A stretch of DNA of 32,000 bases from Desulfosudaceae bacterium (GTDB lineage: Bacteria > Desulfobacterota > Desulfobacteria > Desulfobacterales > Desulfosudaceae), in assembly GCA_046539175.1 (NCBI GenBank), contig JBKHHL010000004.1, forward strand, positions 1 to 32,000, given 5' to 3'. Under the pieces are notes generated by a model, which was not told the DNA's origin, ran no database searches, and was given only the letters and a program-made list of their open reading frames with translations. Below, piece by piece: positions 15,495-24,141 of the stretch. How positions within the stretch are numbered: the stretch's first letter is position 1; every line of letters begins with the position of its first letter. The position numbers and the translations under genes are program-made.

Positions 15495-16409
15495 TCATGA
15501 CACATCCGGGTCAATCGTTTCTCCCCCCGTCGGCTGCCTCCGGCCGAGAAACGGTTCGAAGTGGTACCACTGAAAAGGATATTGGCGCACCGCCTGCTCC
15601 AGCAGACGGGCGTACTGCCGGACGGCCGACCGGGTCTGCTGCCGTCGTGACTGGCGGGAACCGCGACGCAGAAATATCGGCGGATGAATTGTAAAATGAT
15701 AATTTCGCGGACCGGTGCGAAAAGCGAAAAACACGTATATGGGAACGCCCGTGGCATGCGCGAGCGCGTAAGGGGTTTCCGGCAGCCTGACAATGTGATC
15801 CAGAAACTCTGTTTCCACAAAAGACTGCCCGGGATCTCCGGAACGATCACCGGCGATGGACAGGACCCACCCCCGGCGCAGATATCTGACACCCTCCAGA
15901 ATCTCCAGGGGGGAACTCCGGCCCTGGCGACCGGCAATGATTTCCACCCCGTTTTTTTTGAGCGTGTTTTTCTGAATGTCTTCGATCTGCTCCCCGGTCT
16001 TTCGGCTCATGAACAACAGCAATGGAAGACCATGGTTTTTGAGCAGGCGGGCGGCCACTTCCCAGTTGCCGGCGTGAGACATCAGCAGGATGCCGCCGGT
16101 TTTTTTTTCGGCGGCATCAGTAATATGTTCCAGCCCGGCGGCTGTATATTCAATGGCGCCGGGAGATTCGATCAGGTATCGATCAATATATAATTGCGCG
16201 AAGTTATGAAACTGTTTCCAGGCGGACCGGACGGCATACCAGGTCGACCGTTCCGGAAAAAGAGCTTTGTAAAAACGGACGGCGACAGCGACACGGCGGG
16301 GGAAAAACAGAAAATAACCGGTGGCGATTATCCGGACGGCGGTGTAAAGCACCCACAGGCCCCATTTTTCGGAAAGGTACACCAGAAGCTGGTAAAACAG
16401 GTTGATCAT
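15495..16409 (-). CDS. LpxL/HtrB-type (lysophospholipid/lipid A) acyltransferase
   Basis: N-terminal membrane helix, then the HX4E-type acyltransferase box SHAGNWEVAA. Length and layout match late lipid A acyltransferases. Confidence 0.8.
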   Translation of the reverse strand: MINLFYQLLVYLSEKWGLWVLYTAVRIIATGYFLFFPRRVAVAVRFYKALFPERSTWYAVRSAWKQFHNFAQLYIDRYLIESPGAIEYTAAGLEHITDAAEKKTGGILLMSHAGNWEVAARLLKNHGLPLLLFMSRKTGEQIEDIQKNTLKKNGVEIIAGRQGRSSPLEILEGVRYLRRGWVLSIAGDRSGDPGQSFVETEFLDHIVRLPETPYALAHATGVPIYVFFAFRTGPRNYHFTIHPPIFLRRGSRQSRRQQTRSAVRQYARLLEQAVRQYPFQWYHFEPFLGRRQPTGGETIDPDVS

Positions 16410-16419
16410 GGACTGCTCC

Positions 16420-19400
16420 TCATCGACTCAAGTTGCCCCTTTCCGCCAGAAACCATACCTCCTCCCGGCCGGTGCCCGAAGACCGGACCTGGAGAAGCGC
16501 GAAATCGTTTTCCGCCAATATTGTTTTTATCCGGTCCCCGGATCGGTACCAGACGGTCGTCCGGGTGAGCCTGTGACGCAACAGTTCAATCTTTCGATAA
16601 AAGGGGACGCCCTCCGCCGAAGGAATAGTCGCCCGGATAAGCAGCCTGGCTCCCGGCCGCAGTTGCGCCCAAAGATTTTGCAGCGTTGCCTGCAACTGGT
16701 CATCAGACAGGTAATGCATCATATCGAGCATCAGGACCAGGTCCGCCGAAAGTCTGAAATCGGGCAGATCCGGGGCTCCGACCGGAAATATCTCACCCCG
16801 GGAGCCGATAATCCTGGCCGCGATTCTGGCCCTTTCCGCGTCCGGTTCGATGCCGGAAATTTTGATGGCCGGGTCCGCCGCTCTCAGCCAGGCCGCGGTC
16901 ACACCGTATCCACAGCCGAGATCGACAACAGCGGCGGGTTGGCCGATTAAGGCGGGCAGTTCCGCGAACATGGGATCGAGCCGGATTTTAAACCGGGCAA
17001 ACATTCGAGGATATATTTCCAGGTGTTGATACAGTTTGTGAAATCGTTTTCTATGCCTCACCGAACCCGGTTGAACGGGGGTGGCGGAAAATCGGACCGG
17101 CTGGAACAGATATTTGAGAAAAGGAGGCAGAATGGCATACGTGCCGATCATAACAAAGCCGACCCCCAGGACCTGAACCTGCCCCAGACTTTTCATCAGA
17201 TTGTGCTGACCGAAAGCCAGCACCCCGAAACCGATCAGCGTGGAAGTCCCCGCGAGGAATATGGCCATACGGATGTGGGCCTGATAGGGATGACTCTCAT
17301 CCTGGTAACGCTGATAAGATCTTACAATGTATAGTGAATAGTCGAGCCCCATGCCCAGCACCACCACGGACAGCATCAATCCCGGTATGTTCAGCGGCTG
17401 GTCAAGAAGATTCAAGACACCAAGCGTGCATATCATTGAAAAAACAAGCGGCAGCAGCGCCGCCCCGACCAGAACCAGATCCATGAAAAACAGGAGCAGC
17501 AGAGCGAATACACATAAGCTGATAAACACAAGCATTCTGGTAAAAGTTTCGGAAAGAAACCCGCTTATCGCCTGGGAATAAAAAGCAGGGTCGAAAACAT
17601 GCAGTCCCGGCCGTGGTGAATACCGGTGGAAAAAGGATTCCGCGTCATAATGATCGCCCGGGGTTAAAGAAGCCAGCAGCAGCCATGAATCGCTCCCAGA
17701 ATCGCTCCCGGAATCACTCTCGCCCGAGGCATACATTCCGAGAAGGTTATAAAAATCCGGTTTTATGGTCAATCCCTCGGAACAGTCCACCGTCTTTTCG
17801 CTGTAAGTATCCGAAAAAGCGTCGGCGGACAGCCCCATTTCGGCAGCGACCCGCCCGATTCTTTTATGTAAAAGGGCTTGATCATGATCATCCCAGAATT
17901 TACGCCAGGCGGCAGCGTTGTCCCGGCAGCGCCGCTCTCCGGGATAAACCATGGAAGGCAGGAAAGCCTGACTGAGCGTGTTGTTTCTGAGATCTTCCTC
18001 CAGCCGGGCGGTGAGTTCATCGCTGAAGTTTTGAAGGGCTTCCGGATCCGGGGCCTCGGCCATAACGTAAATTCTGTCAAAAAGCTGCTGCCCCCAGACG
18101 TCTGCCATCAGTTTTTCAGCGGCAAGGGTTTCCTGCCGGACCGTGTTGATGGTGGAGATATCCACACTGAAAGTAGGATCCGCGAAAAACACCATCACCA
18201 CAAAAAAAGACAACGCCGCCCCGGCCTTGTATTTTCCTCCCGAAACGGTGAGCCGGTCGACCACTGCCTGCAGTGGCAGTTTTCGAGCCCTTTTGGCCGG
18301 CGGCAAAAAAGGGAAGATAATCGGAAAAAAGGAATGGACGAATAAAAAGGAAAAGGCGATACCGAAAGCCGCGAACTGTCCGATCTCTAAAAGAACCGGG
18401 AAACCGCTGAAGGTCAGCATGAAAAACGCGCTGACCGAAGTCAGGACAGCCAGCAGAGCCACCGCCCGGACCTCTCTGGAAACGTTTTTCCCCCTTGTTT
18501 CATGAGGACGGTCGAGGAACAACAGGTAAGAAATTCCGTGATCCACCGTAATCGCGATAATCGCCCCGCCGAACCCGATAGTCATGATACTGATTGACTC
18601 GTGCCAGATGGAATAAAAGGCCAGGGCGCATATGGTCCCGAAAACAGCCGGAACAAAAGCCAGCAATCCGATATAGGGGCGAGGAAACGACAGCATCAGA
18701 AGACAGGCGATGCCCAGACTGGCAAAAAGGATCGCGTTCCCGGCGTCTTTTTTTGAGGTGGTTTCATTATCCAGCGCGGCCCGGTAGGCGCCGGCCGGCG
18801 TCAGCGTAAAGTCAAACCCGGTATCTTTGTATTCCTGTTCCAGGGCCGCTTTGGTCCGTTCGATCGCGTCATTGATCCGGTATACCTGTTCCGCGCCGGT
18901 GCCCGCGGAGGGGGGGGTGGCGACAAGCAGCAGATGGCGGTTGTCCGGGGATATAAGGTGGCCCTTGTAGAAACGGACATCTTCCGCGGGCGCGATCTGT
19001 TTGAATTTTTCCAGGATAATCCCGCTGATACCCAGGGGGTCCCGCTTAATGAGGCTGGCCTGCCCCATCCCCTCCATGGTATAGAGCCGGGAAAGGTTGT
19101 CCCTGACCCGCTTCTCTAAAACATCCTCCCGCAACAGCGGAGAGATTCTGTTTTCCAGCTCTTCGGCTGTAAGCAGCACGGGGAGATTGAGGGACACGTG
19201 CCTGAACAGTTCGGGGAGCAACTTGTCCATTTCTGCCATGCCCACTTTTTTAAAAACACCGTCGGCCAACAATTCGGCTTTAACAAATTCCGCGGCCTCG
19301 ACCAGCATATCGGGGTTTTTCTGCTCCAGGTGTATGTCTATAAATACCCGGTTCTGATAAGGATGATTCAACAAGACATAAGCACCGTCTGCCATGACCG

Positions 19401-19548
19401 CGTTGCCCCGGGGCAGGGTCTGAATGATATCGGTTTCAAAACGGATACCGAACAGGGCGATAACCATGACAACCAGCAGCAGCAGGCCGGCAAGAACCGG
19501 AAGACCTCTCCGCAGTATCTGTTTCGACAGTGGCGACAACGGCTTCAT
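16420..19548 (-). CDS. MMPL/RND-type exporter fused to a C-terminal class I SAM methyltransferase
   Basis: 1042 aa. There are two bundles of about 6 hydrophobic helices separated by soluble loops, which is the MMPL layout. The C-terminal 215 aa or so (about 16420-17060) carry the SAM motif I VVDLGCGYG and the post-I acidic residue (GIEPD). Confidence 0.8.
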   Translation of the reverse strand: MKPLSPLSKQILRRGLPVLAGLLLLVVMVIALFGIRFETDIIQTLPRGNAVMADGAYVLLNHPYQNRVFIDIHLEQKNPDMLVEAAEFVKAELLADGVFKKVGMAEMDKLLPELFRHVSLNLPVLLTAEELENRISPLLREDVLEKRVRDNLSRLYTMEGMGQASLIKRDPLGISGIILEKFKQIAPAEDVRFYKGHLISPDNRHLLLVATPPSAGTGAEQVYRINDAIERTKAALEQEYKDTGFDFTLTPAGAYRAALDNETTSKKDAGNAILFASLGIACLLMLSFPRPYIGLLAFVPAVFGTICALAFYSIWHESISIMTIGFGGAIIAITVDHGISYLLFLDRPHETRGKNVSREVRAVALLAVLTSVSAFFMLTFSGFPVLLEIGQFAAFGIAFSFLFVHSFFPIIFPFLPPAKRARKLPLQAVVDRLTVSGGKYKAGAALSFFVVMVFFADPTFSVDISTINTVRQETLAAEKLMADVWGQQLFDRIYVMAEAPDPEALQNFSDELTARLEEDLRNNTLSQAFLPSMVYPGERRCRDNAAAWRKFWDDHDQALLHKRIGRVAAEMGLSADAFSDTYSEKTVDCSEGLTIKPDFYNLLGMYASGESDSGSDSGSDSWLLLASLTPGDHYDAESFFHRYSPRPGLHVFDPAFYSQAISGFLSETFTRMLVFISLCVFALLLLFFMDLVLVGAALLPLVFSMICTLGVLNLLDQPLNIPGLMLSVVVLGMGLDYSLYIVRSYQRYQDESHPYQAHIRMAIFLAGTSTLIGFGVLAFGQHNLMKSLGQVQVLGVGFVMIGTYAILPPFLKYLFQPVRFSATPVQPGSVRHRKRFHKLYQHLEIYPRMFARFKIRLDPMFAELPALIGQPAAVVDLGCGYGVTAAWLRAADPAIKISGIEPDAERARIAARIIGSRGEIFPVGAPDLPDFRLSADLVLMLDMMHYLSDDQLQATLQNLWAQLRPGARLLIRATIPSAEGVPFYRKIELLRHRLTRTTVWYRSGDRIKTILAENDFALLQVRSSGTGREEVWFLAERGNLSR
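17687..17722. repeat. In-frame 12-nt tandem repeat x3
   Basis: GAATCGCTCCCA / GAATCGCTCCCG / GAATCACTCTCG, encoding (SDSG)3 in a soluble loop of the exporter. Confidence 0.8.
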
Positions 19549-19551
19549 CCT

Positions 19552-20349
19552 CTATTCCGCGACATCATATTCAACCGCCGCCGGTTTGAAGAAAAACCTT
19601 CGCAGCAGCAGGCTGGAAAAAGTTTTTGAGTTCCTGAAAAAATCTCTCCAGGGACGAAAATGGGATATCCGCTCATGGCGCGGCAGGTAATTGACACCGA
19701 CCGGCACCTCAATAACGGGAATACGATGCCAATGGGCCAGCACCAGAATTTCAACTTCGAATTCAAATCTCCGGGAAGAAACCCCCAGACGCGTCGCTTG
19801 CGGCAGCGGATAGATTCTGAATCCGCTTTGCGAATCGGACATGGCCGGTCCGCCGCAGGCTCTTACCCAGAAATTGGAGAACTTCCGGCCGAACCGGCTG
19901 GTCCATCTGACATTGGGGTTATCCATCCCCATACGATGCCCGGTAATAAAAGCTCCCGGTGATTGTTCGGCAGCCTTCATGAGAACGGTCGCGTCCCGGG
20001 GGTTGTGCTGGCCGTCGGCGTCAAGAGTGATCGCCCAGTCGGCGATTCGAGCGGCCTGACGGAAACCGGTCATCAAAGCGGCGCCTTTGCCCCGGTTCTT
20101 ATTATGGCGCAGGATGTTTATCTCCTGGTAGCGACTGATGCGCCGGCAGGTGTCATCCGTGGATCCGTCATCTACCACGAATATGGGCAGATCAAATTTC
20201 AGGGCTTCGTCAAGGACGCCTTCGACCTGGCGGCTGTGATTGTATACCGGAATAACAATCGCGAACCGTCTTGCAGCACCCGTTCCTGTCCGCCGGTCTG
20301 TCAGTGAAGATGAATGGCCCATGATATCTTTCGATTGATAAAAACGCAT
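19552..20349 (-). CDS. Family 2 glycosyltransferase (Dpm1/ArnC/GtrB-like)
   Basis: FAIVIPVYNHSRQV, VVDDGSTDDT (DxD-type), NRGKGAAL and TLDADGQH are the GT-A fold signatures of polyprenyl-phosphate or lipid glycosyltransferases. Confidence 0.85.
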   Translation of the reverse strand: MRFYQSKDIMGHSSSLTDRRTGTGAARRFAIVIPVYNHSRQVEGVLDEALKFDLPIFVVDDGSTDDTCRRISRYQEINILRHNKNRGKGAALMTGFRQAARIADWAITLDADGQHNPRDATVLMKAAEQSPGAFITGHRMGMDNPNVRWTSRFGRKFSNFWVRACGGPAMSDSQSGFRIYPLPQATRLGVSSRRFEFEVEILVLAHWHRIPVIEVPVGVNYLPRHERISHFRPWRDFFRNSKTFSSLLLRRFFFKPAAVEYDVAE

Positions 20350-20367
20350 TTCAAAAAAATTTTCGGG

Positions 20368-22116
20368 CTAATCGCCATAGCAGGCCACGGCCCACGCGCC
20401 GGGACCGATATGAACTCCCGATGTCAGAGAAAGCGGTTGCAGGACGATTTCGGCTGCCGGAAAAAGCCGTTTCACTTCGGTCAGGACACGCTCTTCCAGC
20501 CAGTGCCGATTATCGGAATATTCAAGCAGGATCAGGGGGGTCGGCTTTCCCCGCAGATCTTCGGCCAGCCGGTCCAGAGCGAAGCGCACCTGGGCTTCGG
20601 TGTGGCGGACGAGACCGACCTTCTCGGCTCCCCGCGCGGTTGGGGTGACGACCGGTTTCAGATGCAGAAAATCACCCACGAACGCGCCGGCTTTCGACAT
20701 GCGGCCGCCTGCCGCCAGGTACTTGAGTTCATCAAGAAAAATATACTCTTTGCTCTTTACTACCGCTCTTTCGGCAAATTCAACGACCTGATCCGGTTCC
20801 CGGGCCCGGGCGGCGTATTCGGCCGTGGCTATGACTGCCCCGGCAAGGCGCCCCGAAGCCGCGCCGGTGTCGATTACAGTAAGACGATTGTCCGGATCAT
20901 GCCGTTTTTTCCACTCCATGACCACCCGGTAGTTGCCAGTGTATACGGAGCCGACGCACAGGTAAAGGAGTCTTTCATGTTGATCCAGAAGCCTCTGGTA
21001 ATGCTGATGACGCTCGAACACGGAAGCCTGTGAAGTCGAGGCGTTGACCTTGTCGCGCATGGCCCGGTAAAGCTCGTCCGGGGAGACGCGTGTCTCGGGA
21101 AGACACCTATCACCGAAGGTGATATAACTGTCCAGAAGCGTTACGCCCAGGCGTCGTGCCAGATCACGGGAGAGGGAACCGGCCGCGTCGGTGATGATAT
21201 GGATCGGACCCGGCCTGGCCGGCAGATTGAAATCTTTTGTCTGTTCGAGCAGGCTGTCCTCAGTCCAGTGGATGATCCGCCCCATTCTTTCGGCTTTCTG
21301 CTTCATTTCCCGGCTGTCACCGGTATGAAGATGAATCTTGGCGTAATCCTGGAACTTATAAGCCATCACACTGTCATCGGATTGTTCAATTTGGCGCAGC
21401 CATTGCTCTGAATCCCCGTCCACGCGCACCACGAAATCGACGCAATATCCGTTTTTTTCCGATTTTTCAAAAGACGGGTCGATCCGGAGCCTGTCGCCGA
21501 ATATATCGTGAACCGAGCGGAATGACGCCTTTTGCGCGAAAGCCTTTTTCAGGAATCCTTCCAGGAACAAAAACATTCCCAGCGCGCCGGCATCGACAAC
21601 ATCGGCCGCCTGGAGTTCCGGCAGCAGGTCCGTGGTTGAATGCACGGCCGCCTCCAGCCGATCCATGACGGGTTCCACAATCTCCGAAGAATCATTCTTT
21701 TCCGGCAGGCTTTCCAGCGCTTCCGCGAATTCATCCAGAACCGTAAGCATGGTCCCGTCCCGGGGCGTACCAACGGCTTGCCGGGCGCCGGCCACCCCGG
21801 CATTTGCCCCCCGGCAAAGCAGGGCCACAGCATCATCACCGAACGCGACACCGGCATCATCACTGGCCAGCAGTTCGGTTATGAACTGTACGGCAATATT
21901 GCCGGCATTACCCCTGGCGGCCAGCAACAACCGCCACCTGATCTCGTTGATGTCGCGGTTGCCAATCTCTCTGAGCGGAGACAGGCTGACGATCAGATTC
22001 CGGCCCGTATCACCGTCGGCCACGGGGAATATATTGATCCGGTCCAGAATGTCCGACCAGGCACTGAGCCTTTCGTAACCGGCGATAAAAGCTTCCGGTG
22101 TTTTTGTAATCATCAT
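20368..22116 (-). CDS. DAK2(DhaL/FakA-type) domain fused to a DegV(FakB-type) fatty-acid-binding domain
   Basis: The N-terminus has FPVADGDTGRNL, RGNAGNI, GTPRDGTMLTV and VVDAGALG (Dak2 nucleotide domain). The middle has GYCVDFVV and KIHLHTGD (FakA/YloV-like). The C-terminal 280 aa or so (about 20368-21215) carry IHIITDAAGSL, STSQAS, AAGGRMSKA, LKPV and GPGAWAV (DegV). Confidence 0.8.
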   Translation of the reverse strand: MMITKTPEAFIAGYERLSAWSDILDRINIFPVADGDTGRNLIVSLSPLREIGNRDINEIRWRLLLAARGNAGNIAVQFITELLASDDAGVAFGDDAVALLCRGANAGVAGARQAVGTPRDGTMLTVLDEFAEALESLPEKNDSSEIVEPVMDRLEAAVHSTTDLLPELQAADVVDAGALGMFLFLEGFLKKAFAQKASFRSVHDIFGDRLRIDPSFEKSEKNGYCVDFVVRVDGDSEQWLRQIEQSDDSVMAYKFQDYAKIHLHTGDSREMKQKAERMGRIIHWTEDSLLEQTKDFNLPARPGPIHIITDAAGSLSRDLARRLGVTLLDSYITFGDRCLPETRVSPDELYRAMRDKVNASTSQASVFERHQHYQRLLDQHERLLYLCVGSVYTGNYRVVMEWKKRHDPDNRLTVIDTGAASGRLAGAVIATAEYAARAREPDQVVEFAERAVVKSKEYIFLDELKYLAAGGRMSKAGAFVGDFLHLKPVVTPTARGAEKVGLVRHTEAQVRFALDRLAEDLRGKPTPLILLEYSDNRHWLEERVLTEVKRLFPAAEIVLQPLSLTSGVHIGPGAWAVACYGD

Positions 22117-22538
22117 TCAAACCCCAGGGAGCGCCTGATCTCATCCGGTATTTTAAACATGGTTTCCATTTCCGGTATTTTGACGGCCACCTGCTCGCTT
22201 TTCCCCCTGGCGCTGATACGGTTTTGCTCCGTCAGCCGGACTTCAAAGCCAATCGTGATTTTGTGACTCACGTCCATCAACGTCGCCCGGCAGATGAATT
22301 CATCCCTGAATCGAAGGGGGAAGACGTGTTTGACTCTCGTCCGGATAATGGGGAATATGAACCGGGTATCCTGATAAACATGGTAAAGATCCACGCCCAG
22401 TTTCCGGAACAGGGCGTCACGGGTTATATCGAAATACTTGTAGTAATTGCCGTGCCACATCACCTGCATGGGATCCATGTCGTGAAACGGCACCTCAAAC
22501 GTGAGCTCACAGCTCTTACTGTCGTCAGTCTTTGTCAT
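22113..22538 (-). CDS. 4HBT/YbgC-type hotdog thioesterase
   Basis: FEVPFHDMDPMQVMWHGNYYKYFD matches the YbgC/4-hydroxybenzoyl-CoA thioesterase N-terminal catalytic Asp motif. 141 aa. Its stop overlaps the next gene's start (ATGATGA). Confidence 0.8.
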   Translation of the reverse strand: MTKTDDSKSCELTFEVPFHDMDPMQVMWHGNYYKYFDITRDALFRKLGVDLYHVYQDTRFIFPIIRTRVKHVFPLRFRDEFICRATLMDVSHKITIGFEVRLTEQNRISARGKSEQVAVKIPEMETMFKIPDEIRRSLGFE

Positions 22539-22572
22539 ATTTTACCCGATTAAACAAAAAATAAAGAGCCTG

Positions 22573-24141
22573 TCACAGCTCGGTAAACATTTCCGATGAA
22601 GCAATTGCTGAGGCAATGTTGGTAATATCCTCATCCATGGGCCTGTCTTCAATGGTCGGCGGCGCGATTTTTCGTATATTTTTTATCAGTCGTCCCAGCC
22701 GGGGCCGTTGATCGATTCTTCCCCGGATCTCACAGGCCTGAACCGCGGTGATCAACTGAATGGCAAGAGTTTTTTCCACCAGCGAACAGGTACGCCTGGC
22801 GTCACGGGCCGCGATGGTTCCCATACTGACCTTATCCTGATTATGTGATTCGGTGGACCGGGAGAAGGACGCCGCCGGCATGGTTCCTTTCAGCGCTTCC
22901 GCCGCGAGAGCGGAAGCGCTGATGGACATGGCTTTGAACCCGTGGTGAAACGGTTTTTCAGGCTCTTCCACGCGTACCAGATCCGCCGGCAACCCCCGGC
23001 TGGAATTGGCATCAATCATCAGCGCCACCTGCCTGTCGGCCATGTCGGCCACCGAGGCCAGAGCCGATTTCAGCGCGTCCATGGCAAAGGCGATATGACC
23101 GCCGTAAAAATTGCCGCCCATGAGAATCCTGCCGGACTGCGGATCGAATAATGGATTATCATTGGCGCTGTTGGCCTCGATTTCGACCCAGTCACGTACC
23201 CACTCCAGGGCATCGGCCAGGACTCCCAGTATCTGAGGAGAACAGCGGATGGAATACGGATCCTGCAAGGTCTCGGGGGAGTTGGTGGAAAAGCTTTCTT
23301 CCGGGCTTTCGGACGCGAGCAGAGAAGCGATTCCTTCGGCGACATATCCCTGACCCGGATGAGGCTTGGCCGTTGATATGGCGGGATGGTAGTGATGGGA
23401 ATTGCCCATCAGGGCGTGGATACTCAAGGCTGTGGCGCAGATGGCGGCTTTCAGTATTTTTTCCGCCCGATCCACGGTCATAACGGAAACACCCGTCATC
23501 ATCGCGGTACCGTTCATCATACCCAACGGCTCTTTGGGGGCAAAATGGTAGGGCCTCAGACCCGCTTCGGCCAGAGCCTCGTCCGCGGGCATCTCCCGGC
23601 CGCGATAGAAGACCCGCCTTTCCCCCATAAGAGCGGCCGCGACGTAGGACATGGGCGTCAGATCACCCGAGGCGCCCACAGACCCTTCTTCGGGCACGAC
23701 CGGCGTTATATGTTCGTTCAGAAAAGCGGCGATTTTTTCCATAAGCTCTGCTGAAACACCGGAATAGCCTCTGGCGAAGCAGATGAGCCGGCATATCATG
23801 GCTGCCCGGGTTTCCTCAATATCAAACGCCCGGCCGGTTCCGCAACCGTGAAAACGGATCAGGTTGGCGCCGTTCTGTCTGGCGACATCGGAGATCATCT
23901 GCTTACCGCAGCATTTACCGAATCCGGTTGTCACCCCGTATACGGGCAGGCTTTCTTCAAGGGCATCCATGAGAATACCCCTTGATTGTTCCATGTTTTC
24001 AGTAAAACCGGCCCGGGTACCGATTTCAATGCGGGCATTTGCCCTGGCTGCGTCCACAATCTGTCGCAATGAAATCTGGGCACCCTCAATAATAAGAGTA
24101 CTTTCATGATCTGGGTCCGTCTGTTTCAATTTATCCTCCAT
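22573..24141 (-). CDS. MIO-dependent aromatic amino acid ammonia-lyase (HAL/PAL/TAL family)
   Basis: YGVTTGFG, the MIO-forming triad in GSVGASGDLTPMSY, NGTA, QDPYSIRC and SANDNP are all present. It is the first gene of the 13-kb operon. Confidence 0.9.
   Translation of the reverse strand: MEDKLKQTDPDHESTLIIEGAQISLRQIVDAARANARIEIGTRAGFTENMEQSRGILMDALEESLPVYGVTTGFGKCCGKQMISDVARQNGANLIRFHGCGTGRAFDIEETRAAMICRLICFARGYSGVSAELMEKIAAFLNEHITPVVPEEGSVGASGDLTPMSYVAAALMGERRVFYRGREMPADEALAEAGLRPYHFAPKEPLGMMNGTAMMTGVSVMTVDRAEKILKAAICATALSIHALMGNSHHYHPAISTAKPHPGQGYVAEGIASLLASESPEESFSTNSPETLQDPYSIRCSPQILGVLADALEWVRDWVEIEANSANDNPLFDPQSGRILMGGNFYGGHIAFAMDALKSALASVADMADRQVALMIDANSSRGLPADLVRVEEPEKPFHHGFKAMSISASALAAEALKGTMPAASFSRSTESHNQDKVSMGTIAARDARRTCSLVEKTLAIQLITAVQACEIRGRIDQRPRLGRLIKNIRKIAPPTIEDRPMDEDITNIASAIASSEMFTEL

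Noticed and set aside
20314-22266. Plus-strand ORFs of 239, 148 and 208 aa (20314-21033, 21632-22078, 21640-22266)
   Set aside because: All lie antisense to the DAK2::DegV gene and the thioesterase gene. Their composition is that of shadow frames.
22573-24141. Ordinary histidine-utilisation histidase (hutH)
   Set aside because: There is no hutU, hutI or hutG nearby. The gene heads a lipid and polyketide operon, and the selectivity dyad is not the HAL S-H pair.
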